Origin: Pirellulales bacterium
Lineage (GTDB): Bacteria; Planctomycetota; Planctomycetia; Pirellulales; Thermoguttaceae
Length of the DNA stretch: 38,491 nt
NCBI GenBank assembly: GCA_030605745.1
Contig: JAUWHT010000330.1
Coordinates: forward strand, 1-38,491
Direction of reading: 5' to 3'
Shown: positions 7,799-16,142 of the stretch, piece by piece
Numbering within the stretch: position 1 is the first letter of the stretch
Layout of the letters: each line of letters begins with the position of its first letter
Translations under genes and position numbers: made by a program
Notes under the pieces: generated by a model
Seen by the model: only the letters and a program-made list of their open reading frames with translations
Told to the model about the DNA's origin: nothing
Databases searched by the model: none

Positions 7799-7826
7799 AT
7801 CTTAACATACCGTTAAGGCACGTCAA
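7799..7826 (-). promoter_or_regulatory. candidate higBA promoter with an overlapping palindromic operator
   Basis: On the minus strand: TTGACG (7826-7821), 16-nt spacer, TAAGAT (7804-7799). The inverted repeat CTTAAC (7801-7806) / GTTAAG (7812-7817) overlaps the spacer and the -10 element. Confidence 0.35.
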
Positions 7827-7882
7827 GGTGGGCAGAAGGCAGAGAATGCGGGCACTTCGCACGAAACTGCATAGGACTCCCG

Positions 7883-7910
7883 TTGACACAGATGCTGGCA
7901 AGGCTAAAAT
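7883..7910 (+). promoter_or_regulatory. near-consensus sigma70-type promoter upstream of argB
   Basis: TTGACA (7883-7888), 16-nt spacer, TAAAAT (7905-7910). It lies about 95 nt upstream of the argB start. Confidence 0.5.
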
Positions 7911-8006
7911 GCTGAGTTTTCCCGGTGCAGGTGGTTCTGGCCCGGGGTTATTACTTTCCAGCCAAATTGCCGTCTGATCAGGGGGCGGCCCATCCGGAGT
8001 GCGGCG

Positions 8007-8993
8007 TTGGAAGAAGCCATTCAAAAAGCCGATGTGCTGATCGAAGCCCTCCAGTGGATCCGTGCGTTCCGCGGCAAGATCACCGTGATCAAGCTGGGCG
8101 GGAGCGTCATGGAGGACGACCGCACGATGACCCATCTGCTGCTGGACGTCGTTTTTATGGAGACCGTCGGCATGCGGCCGGTGATCGTCCACGGCGGCGG
8201 GGCGGCGATCAGCCGGGCAATGGCCGAGGCCGGACTCAAACCGCGCTTCGTCCAGGGACGACGATATACTGACGATGCGACCCTGGCGATCGTCGAACGC
8301 GTCCTGGCCGGCGAAGTCAACGAACAACTCGCCCGGCAAATCAACCAACTCGGCGGTCGGGCCGAACCGCTGAACTTCCGTACCAACAACGTGCTCGCCG
8401 GCGAGCGAATCCGGCTGTTGGGCGACGACGCCCGGCCGCTCGATCTGGGGCACGTCGGACGGGTTACCCGGGTGGATCGAAATGCAATCGAACTGCTATG
8501 CCAATCGGGCATCGTGCCGGTGATCCCCTCGATGTGCATTACCGAGCAGGGCGAAAAGCTCAACGTCAACGCCGACACCGCCGCTACCGCGGTTGCCCAG
8601 GCGCTTCGGGCCGAGAAACTCGTCTACCTCAGCGACGTCAACGGAGTCCGCCGTAATAAGGACGACCCTAATTCGTTAGTACACTCGCTCAGTGCGGAGG
8701 AAGCACAAGCGATGATCGAGTCGGGCACGATCGAGGCAGGCATGATCCCAAAAGTCCAGGCCTGCCTGGAAACCCTCGAACAAGGCGTACACAAGGTCCA
8801 CATCATCGACGGCTGCCTGCGGCATTCGCTGCTGTTGGAAGTCTATACGAGCAAAGGAGTGGGAACGGAGATTGTCAGGGAAAGTGGAGAGTGGAGAGTG
8901 GAGAGTGGAGAGTTTAGCCCCGGCGTCCACGCCGGGAAAGCACTGTTTGAAAAGGAGAAGTGCCGTGAATCGCAATGCCCCGATGAGTTCTGA
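8007..8993 (+). CDS. argB: acetylglutamate kinase
   Basis: The TTG start at 8007 has GGAG 7 nt upstream. [22 protein letters not shown] and NVNADTAA are ArgB hallmarks. The domain ends near ...KGVGTEIV (about 8875). The remaining roughly 38 codons read through a heptamer array and a repeat hairpin to TGA 8991-8993. Confidence 0.9.
   Translation: MEEAIQKADVLIEALQWIRAFRGKITVIKLGGSVMEDDRTMTHLLLDVVFMETVGMRPVIVHGGGAAISRAMAEAGLKPRFVQGRRYTDDATLAIVERVLAGEVNEQLARQINQLGGRAEPLNFRTNNVLAGERIRLLGDDARPLDLGHVGRVTRVDRNAIELLCQSGIVPVIPSMCITEQGEKLNVNADTAATAVAQALRAEKLVYLSDVNGVRRNKDDPNSLVHSLSAEEAQAMIESGTIEAGMIPKVQACLETLEQGVHKVHIIDGCLRHSLLLEVYTSKGVGTEIVRESGEWRVESGEFSPGVHAGKALFEKEKCRESQCPDEF
8884..8911. repeat. tandem heptamer array (GTGGAGA) x4
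   Basis: Perfect copies at 8884-8890, 8891-8897, 8898-8904 and 8905-8911. Confidence 0.95.
8911..8939 (+). repeat. 29-nt hairpin repeat, copy 1 (identical copy at 27742-27770)
   Basis: AGTTTAGCCCCGGCGTCCACGCCGGGAAA. The stem is CCCGGCG/CGCCGGG with loop TCCA. Confidence 0.9.
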
Positions 8994-10185
8994 GGAAACG
9001 ATCGAGTTGTTCGAGCGGTACGTGATTCCCAACTACGGCCGGTTTCCGGTGTCGCTGGTCCGTGGTGAAAGGTCGTATGTCTGGGACAGCGAAGGGAACC
9101 GCTACCTGGACCTGTTCCCCGGCTGGGGGTGCAATCTGCTGGGTCACTGCCCGCCGCCGGTGGTCGAGGCAGTACGCGACCAGGTGGGACGGCTGATCCA
9201 CGTCCCGAACACCTGGTACATGGAGGCCCAGGGCCGCTGGGCCGAGGCCTTGAGCGAGCGGAGCTTCGGCGGGCAGGCCTTTTTCTGCAACTCGGGTACC
9301 GAGGCGAACGAGGCGGCCATCAAACTGGCCCGACTGCATACGGCAAAGCAGAAATACAAGATCATCACCTTCGAGGGCGGATTTCACGGCCGCACGCTCG
9401 GCAGCACCGCGGCCACCGCCCAGCCGAAGTACCACGAGGGTCTGGGCCCGCTGATGGCCGGCTTCCTCTACGCGCCCTTCGGCGACCTGGAAGCGGTGAG
9501 CGAACTGGTGGACGACGAAACGGCCGCCATCCTCGTCGAGCCGGTCCAGGGCGAAGGAGGAATCCGGATTCCACCCGAGGGGTTCCTGGCCGGACTGCGA
9601 AAGCTGGCCGATGAGAACGCCCTACTGTTGATCTTCGACGAAGTGCAAAGCGGGTTCGGACGGACGGGTGATTGGTTTGCGTACCAGGGCTTTGACGTGG
9701 TGCCCGACGTGATGACCTTGGCCAAGGCGATTTGTGGCGGCCTGGCCGGCGGGGCAATGTTGACTACCGCCGAGATCGCCCGTAGCCTGCGCCCGGGAAT
9801 GCACGCGGCCACGTTCGGCGGCAATCCGATCGCCGCTCGGGCCGGCCTGGCAGCCATAGAAATGATCGAAAACGAAAATCTCCTGGACAACGCCAGGCGG
9901 TTAAGCGACCTGTTCCGCGAGCGTTTCGGGCAGCTTAAGCAAGAGACCGACCTGATCCGCGAGGTCCGTATCTGCGGGCTGATGATCGGCATCGAATTGA
10001 CGATCGAAGCCGCTGCGGTGGTCAAGGCCTGCACGGATCGCAAGCTGCTGGTCAACTGCACCCATGGCACCGTGATCCGGTTGTTGCCCGCCATGAACCT
10101 CACCGACGAGCAGGCGCAGCAGGGCTGTGACATTCTGGCCGAGGTTATCAAAGGGCAGTCTGGCGGGAGTCGGCCTACCGTTTAG
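8965..10185 (+). CDS. argD: acetylornithine aminotransferase
   Basis: Class III aminotransferase pattern: [37 protein letters not shown]. The preferred start is GTG 8965, with AAGGAG at 8952-8957; the alternative is ATG 8983. The track start at 8872 lies inside the repeats. The stop is TAG 10183-10185. Confidence 0.9.
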   Translation: MNRNAPMSSEETIELFERYVIPNYGRFPVSLVRGERSYVWDSEGNRYLDLFPGWGCNLLGHCPPPVVEAVRDQVGRLIHVPNTWYMEAQGRWAEALSERSFGGQAFFCNSGTEANEAAIKLARLHTAKQKYKIITFEGGFHGRTLGSTAATAQPKYHEGLGPLMAGFLYAPFGDLEAVSELVDDETAAILVEPVQGEGGIRIPPEGFLAGLRKLADENALLLIFDEVQSGFGRTGDWFAYQGFDVVPDVMTLAKAICGGLAGGAMLTTAEIARSLRPGMHAATFGGNPIAARAGLAAIEMIENENLLDNARRLSDLFRERFGQLKQETDLIREVRICGLMIGIELTIEAAAVVKACTDRKLLVNCTHGTVIRLLPAMNLTDEQAQQGCDILAEVIKGQSGGSRPTV

Positions 10186-10262
10186 CCGCCGGGCTTCCCG
10201 GCGCGTTGCTGGGTGTCAATACGCTCGAACGCAAACGCGCCGGGCAAGCCCGGCGGCTAAAC
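10180..10262. repeat. family A palindromic (REPIN-like) element
   Basis: The left arm GTTTAGCCGCCGGGCTTCCCGGCGCGTTGC (10180-10209) pairs with the right arm GCAAACGCGCCGGGCAAGCCCGGCGGCTAAAC (10231-10262), leaving two 1-nt bulges. Its GTTTAG contains the argD stop codon. Confidence 0.85.
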
Positions 10263-10322
10263 GACTATTGGAAATGTCAACGACTCCACAACCCTTTGGA
10301 AGTAACCGCAAGGAACGTGCCG

Positions 10323-11240
10323 ATGCGACACCTGATCACACTGGCCGATCTGACGCCGGTCGAAATCGACCGCATCTTCTCGATCACCGAGGACATGAAG
10401 AATAAGTTCCAGAAGGGGCTCCGCGAGCCGCTGTTGCCCGGTCGCGTGATGGCCCTGCTGTTCGAGAAGCAATCGTTGCGTACTCGGGTGAGCTTCGAGG
10501 CAGGTATGACCCACCTGGGTGGAAGTTCCCTGTTCCTGGGTCCCGACGTGGGTTTCGGCCGCCGCGAGAGTATCGCCGATTTCGGACGCACCCTGAGCGA
10601 GTACGTCGACGTGATCGTGGTCCGGGCGAACTGCCACCAGACGGTCGTCGACCTGGCGGAGCACTGCTCATGCTCGGTGATCAACGGCCTGACGGACTTT
10701 GCCCATCCTTGCCAGGCGATGGCCGATCTGTATACCATCCGCGAAGTGGCCGGCCCGCTTCAGGGACGTACCTTGGCGTGGATCGGCGATGCGAACAATG
10801 TCGTCCGAAGTCTGGCTGTAGGCTGCGGCAAGGTCGGCATAAAGCTGGTGATGGCCACGCCCGAAAAATACCGGTTCGACGACCAGACTCTCGCCTGGCT
10901 GAAGCGCGAGGTGCCCGACCTGGAACTGACGGTCACCGCCGACCCGGTCGAAGCGGTGGGCGATGCGCTGGTCGTCTATACCGACGTTTGGGCCAGCATG
11001 GGCCAGGAGAGCGAACGGAAGACCCGCCGCCGCGACTTTGCCGACTACCAGGTCAACGCCCGGTTGATGTCGCACGCGCAGAAGGGTGCCCTGTTTATGC
11101 ACTGCCTGCCGGCCCGACGCGGCGAAGAGGTCACCGACGAAGTGATCGACGGCCCGACAAGCATTGTGGTCCGCCAGGCCGCCAATCGGATGCACGCCCA
11201 AAAGGGCATTTTGGCCTGGATGCTAGGCGCGAAAGCGTGA
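10323..11240 (+). CDS. argF: ornithine carbamoyltransferase
   Basis: MRHLITLADLTPVEI..., FEKQSLRTRVSFE, HPCQAMADL and HCLPA are OTCase hallmarks. The ATG at 10323 has AAGGAA 8 nt upstream. The track start at 10206 lies inside the repeat element. Confidence 0.9.
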   Translation: MRHLITLADLTPVEIDRIFSITEDMKNKFQKGLREPLLPGRVMALLFEKQSLRTRVSFEAGMTHLGGSSLFLGPDVGFGRRESIADFGRTLSEYVDVIVVRANCHQTVVDLAEHCSCSVINGLTDFAHPCQAMADLYTIREVAGPLQGRTLAWIGDANNVVRSLAVGCGKVGIKLVMATPEKYRFDDQTLAWLKREVPDLELTVTADPVEAVGDALVVYTDVWASMGQESERKTRRRDFADYQVNARLMSHAQKGALFMHCLPARRGEEVTDEVIDGPTSIVVRQAANRMHAQKGILAWMLGAKA

Positions 11241-11303
11241 GGTGGGAATCCCAAATCCCGTAACACTTCAGCCATTTGAAGTAGTTTTCGTAAAAAACAG
11301 CGT

Positions 11304-11363
11304 AATAGCCGGGACGCAACGCGTCGCGGTAATACACCCGCGGGACGTTGTCCCCCGGCTATT
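11304..11363. repeat. family B palindromic element (imperfect)
   Basis: AATAGCCGGGACGCAACGCGTCGCGG (11304-11329) faces ...CCCGCGGGACGTTGTCCCCCGGCTATT (11337-11363). The left arm is 24/26 identical to the arm at 18755. Confidence 0.7.
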
Positions 11364-11456
11364 GCCCGAGAATCACGCGAAAACTTCATTCGGCTGAAGG
11401 GCTAGAGCGGATTGCCGGGGCTTGGGCGCCAGGCGGCGATTTGCTAGCATGGGTGC

Positions 11457-14072
11457 ATGGCTACCACCCCTATGATGAAGCAGTACCGGGAGGCGAAACG
11501 CGCGTGTCCCGATGCGATTCTGCTGTTCCGGATGGGGGATTTCTATGAGCTGTTCTTCGACGATGCGAAGACCGCGGCCGCAACGCTCAACCTGGCCCTG
11601 ACCAGCCGGGAAAAAGGCGAAAACCCGATCCCCATGGCCGGCTTTCCCCACCACCAGTTGGAAAGCTACCTGGGCAAGCTGATCGCGGCGGGGATGCGCG
11701 TGGCCGTCTGTGAGCAGGTCGAGGACCCGAAAAAGGCCAAAGGGCTCGTCCGCCGCGAGGTCACCCGGATCGTTACTCCCGGCACCGTCACCGACGAGGC
11801 CCTGCTGGACCCCCGGCAGAGTAACTACCTGGCGGCGGTTGCGCCGGGCGAGCCGGCAGGCTTGGCGTGGGTGGAGCTATCGACGGGTCGGTTCGTGGCG
11901 GCCGCTTTTTCGCCGGGCGAGCTGACCGATCAGATCGCACGGATCGCCCCGGCCGAGTGCCTGCTGAGCGAGCAGGCCGAGCCGCTGCCGGCGGTGCTCG
12001 ACGAGCGGATGATGGTCACCAAGCGTCCGGCCTGGGCCTTCTCCAACGAGACGGCCCGGGAGACGCTCTCGAAGCATTTTGGGACCGCCGGGCTGGAAGG
12101 CTTTGGCTGGAGGGAGCCGACCGACGGGAAGGGCGACGCGGCGGCGATCCGGGCCGCCGGAGCGGTCCTCGATTACCTGACCGAGACCCAGAAAACCTCC
12201 CTGGACCACGTCGAGAGTCTGATCCCCTACCGGACGGCCGGGACGCTCGAGATCGACCAGTCCAGCCGCCGCAGCCTTGAGATCGCGCGGACCATCCGCG
12301 ACGGACGACGCGACGGCTCGCTGCTGGCCGTGCTCGACCGGACGGTCACCGCGATGGGCTCGCGGCTGCTGGCCGATTGGGTGGCCAATCCGCTGACCGA
12401 CGCGGCGGCGATCCGGGCCCGACACGATGCGGTCGAAGAGTTGCTCGGCGAAGCGGCACTGGCGGCCGATCTGCACGAAACGCTGCGCCGGGTCTACGAC
12501 GTCGAGCGGCTGTTGGCCCGGGTGACCACCGGCAGGGCCAGCCCGCGAGACTTGAGCTTCCTGGGCCGCACGCTCCGCTGCCTGCCGGGCCTGAAGGCCA
12601 AGCTGACCGCCCGGACAAGCCAGCTGCTAAATGAGTTGGAGGCGGAGATTGATCTGTGTACCGAGCTGCGCGGCAAGCTCGAGGCCGCGCTGGCACCTGA
12701 CTGCCCCTTGTCCAGCCGCGAGGGCGGTTTCATTCGCGACGGGTTCAACACCCGGCTGGATGAGCTGCGCGAGCTAACCCGGGGCGGCAAGCAGTGGATC
12801 GCCCAATACCAAGCCCAGGAGACACGCCGGGCCGGTATCCCCAACCTGAAGGTCGGCTTCAACCGGGTCTTCGGATACTACATCGAGGTGACCAACACGC
12901 ACCGTGAAAAGATCCCCGAGGATTACATCCGTAAGCAAACGCTCAAGAACGCCGAGCGATACATCACGCCGGAACTAAAGGAATACGAAGAAAAGGTCCT
13001 CACGGCCGACGAGAAGGCGAAGGAACTGGAGTACGACTTGTTTGTTGAGCTGCGTGAGTCGGTGGCGGCGTCACGACGTCGGATGCAGGCGACCGCGGCG
13101 GTGCTGGCCCAACTCGACGTGCTGGTGGCGCTAGCCGAACTGGCCCGCCGGCGGAACTACTGCCGCCCGGAAATGGTTGAAGAGCCAGCGCTGCGGATCG
13201 TCGACGGCCGGCATCCGGTCCTCGATATTGTCGAGCCGGAGGGGACGTTTGTGCCCAACGACACGATGACCGGCGGCGAGTCGGGCACGATATTGTTGAT
13301 TACCGGTCCGAACATGTCGGGTAAGAGCACCTACATCCGGCAGGTTGCACTGATCACGCTGATGGCCCAGATCGGCAGCTTCGTGCCAGCGCGTGAGGCC
13401 ACCATTGGGATCGCCGACCGAATTTTCGCCCGCGTCGGGGCCAGCGACGAGTTGACCCGCGGCCAGAGCACCTTTATGGTCGAGATGATCGAGACCGCCC
13501 GGATACTGAACACGGCCAGCCGGCGGAGCCTGGTAATCCTGGACGAGATCGGCCGGGGCACAAGCACCTACGACGGGATATCGCTGGCCTGGTCGGTCGT
13601 GGAGTTCCTGCACGAGCACGTCGGCTGCCGGACGTTGTTTGCCACCCATTATCACGAACTGACCGACCTGGAGCAGTCGCTCGCGGACGTGAAGAACCTC
13701 AACGTGGCGGTCCGCGAGTGGCAGGACGACGTAGTATTTCTGCACAAGATCGTAGACGGGTCGGCGGACAAGAGCTACGGGATCCACGTGGCCCGGCTGG
13801 CTGGCGTACCGCGCGAGGTGCTCGAGCGGAGCAAGGAAATCCTTGCCCAATTGGAGGAGGAGCACCTGGACGCGACAGGCCGCGCGAAGATCGCCCAGCA
13901 CGTTGATACCCCAAAGTCGGCCGAGATCCAATTGACGCTGTTCGGTCAGGCGGACCACCCGCTGCTGGACGAGCTGCGCAAAATCGACCTCAGCGCAACC
14001 ACGCCGCTGGCGGCCATGCAGTTGATCGAACAGTGGCAGGAGGCGTTGGCGAAGGAGGAGAAGAAGAGTTGA
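11457..14072 (+). CDS. mutS: DNA mismatch repair protein MutS
   Basis: 871 aa. N-terminal TPMMKQYREAK...LFRMGDFYELF, Walker A GPNMSGKST, and DEIGRGTSTYDG. Confidence 0.97.
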   Translation: MATTPMMKQYREAKRACPDAILLFRMGDFYELFFDDAKTAAATLNLALTSREKGENPIPMAGFPHHQLESYLGKLIAAGMRVAVCEQVEDPKKAKGLVRREVTRIVTPGTVTDEALLDPRQSNYLAAVAPGEPAGLAWVELSTGRFVAAAFSPGELTDQIARIAPAECLLSEQAEPLPAVLDERMMVTKRPAWAFSNETARETLSKHFGTAGLEGFGWREPTDGKGDAAAIRAAGAVLDYLTETQKTSLDHVESLIPYRTAGTLEIDQSSRRSLEIARTIRDGRRDGSLLAVLDRTVTAMGSRLLADWVANPLTDAAAIRARHDAVEELLGEAALAADLHETLRRVYDVERLLARVTTGRASPRDLSFLGRTLRCLPGLKAKLTARTSQLLNELEAEIDLCTELRGKLEAALAPDCPLSSREGGFIRDGFNTRLDELRELTRGGKQWIAQYQAQETRRAGIPNLKVGFNRVFGYYIEVTNTHREKIPEDYIRKQTLKNAERYITPELKEYEEKVLTADEKAKELEYDLFVELRESVAASRRRMQATAAVLAQLDVLVALAELARRRNYCRPEMVEEPALRIVDGRHPVLDIVEPEGTFVPNDTMTGGESGTILLITGPNMSGKSTYIRQVALITLMAQIGSFVPAREATIGIADRIFARVGASDELTRGQSTFMVEMIETARILNTASRRSLVILDEIGRGTSTYDGISLAWSVVEFLHEHVGCRTLFATHYHELTDLEQSLADVKNLNVAVREWQDDVVFLHKIVDGSADKSYGIHVARLAGVPREVLERSKEILAQLEEEHLDATGRAKIAQHVDTPKSAEIQLTLFGQADHPLLDELRKIDLSATTPLAAMQLIEQWQEALAKEEKKS

Positions 14073-14110
14073 TTAGGGATTGGGGAGTGGGGGGTACGTG
14101 GTTTTCACGA

Positions 14111-14138
14111 CAAACGCCCGCCGACTGCGTTCGGCGGG
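14111..14138. repeat. family C hairpin repeat (inverted copy at 26230-26252)
   Basis: CAAACGCCCGCCGACTGCGTTCG (14111-14133) is the exact reverse complement of 26230-26252. The local stem is CCCGCCGA (14117-14124) / TCGGCGGG (14131-14138). Confidence 0.85.
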
Positions 14139-14176
14139 TTAGCCGTCGCACTAGCCAAGCCACTTGCGGCTTAGGA

Positions 14177-14313
14177 GTTGTCCAAGAACAACTTCCCATA
14201 GATTGTTTAGCGGCCGACGGTACGTCGGCCTGAATCATGCAGCATTTTGGCCGACGTACCGTCGGCCGCTAAACGGAAGATGGTCAAAAAGCAGGAAGTT
14301 GTTTCTGGACAAC
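14177..14313. repeat. nested palindrome with family A-like termini
   Basis: The inner inverted repeat is a perfect 26 bp: GTTTAGCGGCCGACGGTACGTCGGCC (14205-14230) / GGCCGACGTACCGTCGGCCGCTAAAC (14249-14274). The outer 20-bp repeat is 14177-14196 / 14294-14313, matching 18 of 20. Confidence 0.85.
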
Positions 14314-14365
14314 CACTTAGCCGTGGACCGACACCTGGTGGGAATGCTGCCGGCGAGAAAACCGG

Positions 14366-14394
14366 TTGACACCGGGCCCGCAAAAGCGTACACT
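14366..14394 (+). promoter_or_regulatory. near-consensus sigma70-type promoter of the phd/vapC module
   Basis: TTGACA (14366-14371), 17-nt spacer, TACACT (14389-14394). CACTT direct repeats and a GTGCAC palindrome follow. Confidence 0.5.
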
Positions 14395-14429
14395 TAATGT
14401 GTGCACTTCACTTCAAGGAGAATATAGCG

Positions 14430-14681
14430 ATGAAAGCATCTATCCTGGACCTGAGACGACGCATGGCGGACGTGCTGCGGGCACTGGAGCGCAACGAGCC
14501 GGTGACCATTCTTTATCGGGGCCAGGAAAAGGGAATCATTTATCCTACGACTGCTACTAAGAACCGCGCCGGTTCCATTTTAGACCACGACGCCTTTGGC
14601 ATGTGGAAGGACCATGAGGCGATGCAAGATGTCGATCAGGCGGTGCGTAGCCTGAGGAAGGGACGGTTCCATGCTATTTGA
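14430..14681 (+). CDS. Phd/YefM-type antitoxin
   Basis: MKASILDLRRRMADVLRALERNEPVTILYRGQEKGIIYP is the prevent-host-death pattern. The ATG at 14430 has AAGGAG 9 nt upstream. It overlaps the PIN gene by 11 nt. Confidence 0.7.
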   Translation: MKASILDLRRRMADVLRALERNEPVTILYRGQEKGIIYPTTATKNRAGSILDHDAFGMWKDHEAMQDVDQAVRSLRKGRFHAI

Positions 14682-15048
14682 TACGGACGTCCTGATTTGG
14701 GTCTTCCGAGGCAACCGCAGGGCCGCGAAGATTCTCGAATCCACCGAACTGCGGCATCTTTCGGTCGTCACCTATATGGAGTTGTTGCAGGGAGCGCGTG
14801 ATAAGCAGGAATTGAAGATGATCAAAGGGTTTCTCTCCGATTTTGGGCTTGGCATGTTACCCTTGAGTGAGAACATCGGTCACCGCGCCTCGATCTACAT
14901 GGAGGAATACAGGCTAAAGGTTGGAATGTGCCTAGCCGACGCCATAATTGCTGCCACGGCGGTGGAAGCACAGTTCACGCTTTGTACGGCAAATCGCAAG
15001 CACTACAAGCCAATCAGCGATCTCGATGTCAAGATATTCCGACCGTAG
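14671..15048 (+). CDS. vapC: PIN-domain toxin (VapC family)
   Basis: 125 aa. MLFDTDVLIW... carries the first acidic residue. Other typical PIN features are YMELLQG, LADAIIAATA and LCTANRKHY. Confidence 0.8.
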   Translation: MLFDTDVLIWVFRGNRRAAKILESTELRHLSVVTYMELLQGARDKQELKMIKGFLSDFGLGMLPLSENIGHRASIYMEEYRLKVGMCLADAIIAATAVEAQFTLCTANRKHYKPISDLDVKIFRP

Positions 15049-15064
15049 TAATGCCGGCCTAGCT

Positions 15065-16096
15065 ATGATCCTCGCGGCAGCACTGCTGGGCAGTCCGGCG
15101 GCGACGGCACAAACTGCGTCATCCCAAGCTGAACCGAAGGCAGCCAAAGTGGCACTTGTTTACTCGAAGAAATATGAGATCAACCTGGCCGGGCTCGAAC
15201 GGGTGCACGTGTTCGATATCCACAAATATGCGAAAATCGCGAAACAACTGGTCAAAGATGGCTTGCTGTCCGAGCACGATTTTCACGTGCCCAAGGAGCT
15301 TCGACGCGACCAGATACTGCTTGTGCATACGCCCGAGTTCCTCGAAAGCCTGAAGGACTCCCGCGCGGTGGCCGCGTATCTCGAGGCGCCGCTGGCGGCC
15401 ATATTGCCCGTGCGAGTAATGGAAGCGGGCATGCTGCGGCCGTTTCGGTACGCGTCCGGCGGGACGATCCTGGCGGCCCGGCTGGCGCTGAAACACGGCC
15501 TGGCGATCAACGGCGGCGGCGGCTATCACCACGCCAGGCCAGATCGGGGCGAAGGGTTCTGCGTCTATGCCGACATGCCGATCGCGATTCGCCTATTGCA
15601 AAACGAGAAGCTGATCCGCCGCGTGCTGGTGGTCGACCTGGACGTGCACCAGGGCGACGGAACGATTGTCTGCTGCCGTGGCGACGACAGGGTGTTTACG
15701 TTCTCGATGCACCAGGGCAACATTTATCCAGTGCCCAAGCAGAAGGGCGATCTGGATATCGAGTTGGAGGCCGGCACCGACGATGATACGTACCTGCGGA
15801 TTCTGCGGCGGACACTGCCTGGTGTGATCGACCGGAGCCGGCCCGATCTGGTGATCTTCCAGGCCGGCTGCGACACCCTGGCCGGCGACCCGTTGGCCGG
15901 TTTGGCCATGACCGAAGAGGGGATCGTTGCCCGTGATGCTTACGTGATCGACACTTGTGTACAGCGGGGCATCCCGGTAGTCATGACCCTTGGCGGCGGT
16001 TACAGTAGACAGGCGTGGAAGGTGCAGTACGCCAGCATCCGGCGGATCATCGAGAAGCACGGCGCAGTGCGACGGGGATCGAGGATTGCAAATTGA
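15065..16096 (+). CDS. histone deacetylase-family (HDAC/AcuC-like) amidohydrolase
   Basis: GGGYHHARPDRGEGFCVYAD, DLDVHQGDGT and GGGY are HDAC-family motifs. The start is ambiguous: ATG 15065 gives a signal-peptide-like N-terminus, while GTG 15149 with GAAGG upstream gives a cytosolic form. The track start at 14948 overlaps vapC. Confidence 0.8.
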   Translation: MILAAALLGSPAATAQTASSQAEPKAAKVALVYSKKYEINLAGLERVHVFDIHKYAKIAKQLVKDGLLSEHDFHVPKELRRDQILLVHTPEFLESLKDSRAVAAYLEAPLAAILPVRVMEAGMLRPFRYASGGTILAARLALKHGLAINGGGGYHHARPDRGEGFCVYADMPIAIRLLQNEKLIRRVLVVDLDVHQGDGTIVCCRGDDRVFTFSMHQGNIYPVPKQKGDLDIELEAGTDDDTYLRILRRTLPGVIDRSRPDLVIFQAGCDTLAGDPLAGLAMTEEGIVARDAYVIDTCVQRGIPVVMTLGGGYSRQAWKVQYASIRRIIEKHGAVRRGSRIAN

Positions 16097-16119
16097 AAAT
16101 TGAGAATTGCAAATTGCAA
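16085..16119. repeat. tandem heptamer array, ATTGCAA-type x5
   Basis: ATTGCAA ATTGAAA ATTGAGA ATTGCAA ATTGCAA. It contains the HDAC-family stop (TGA 16094-16096). A near-identical array lies in inverse orientation at 19549-19583. Confidence 0.9.
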
Positions 16120-16142
16120 ATCTATTAGTGAAAGGGAACGCT

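Noticed and set aside
8872-8964. The upstream extension of the argD ORF (track start 8872, [23 protein letters not shown]...).
   Set aside because: The extension is a translation of the heptamer array and the 29-nt hairpin. GTG 8965 has a proper AAGGAG SD, and the conserved aminotransferase sequence begins after it.
14073-14093. A TTAGGG-like, G-rich tract (TTAGGGATTGGGGAGTGGGGGG) as a telomere-like repeat or G-quadruplex.
   Set aside because: There are only three separated G-runs, so no canonical four-run G4. Its similarity to telomeric repeats is trivial at this length. It is better explained as another degenerate heptamer array.
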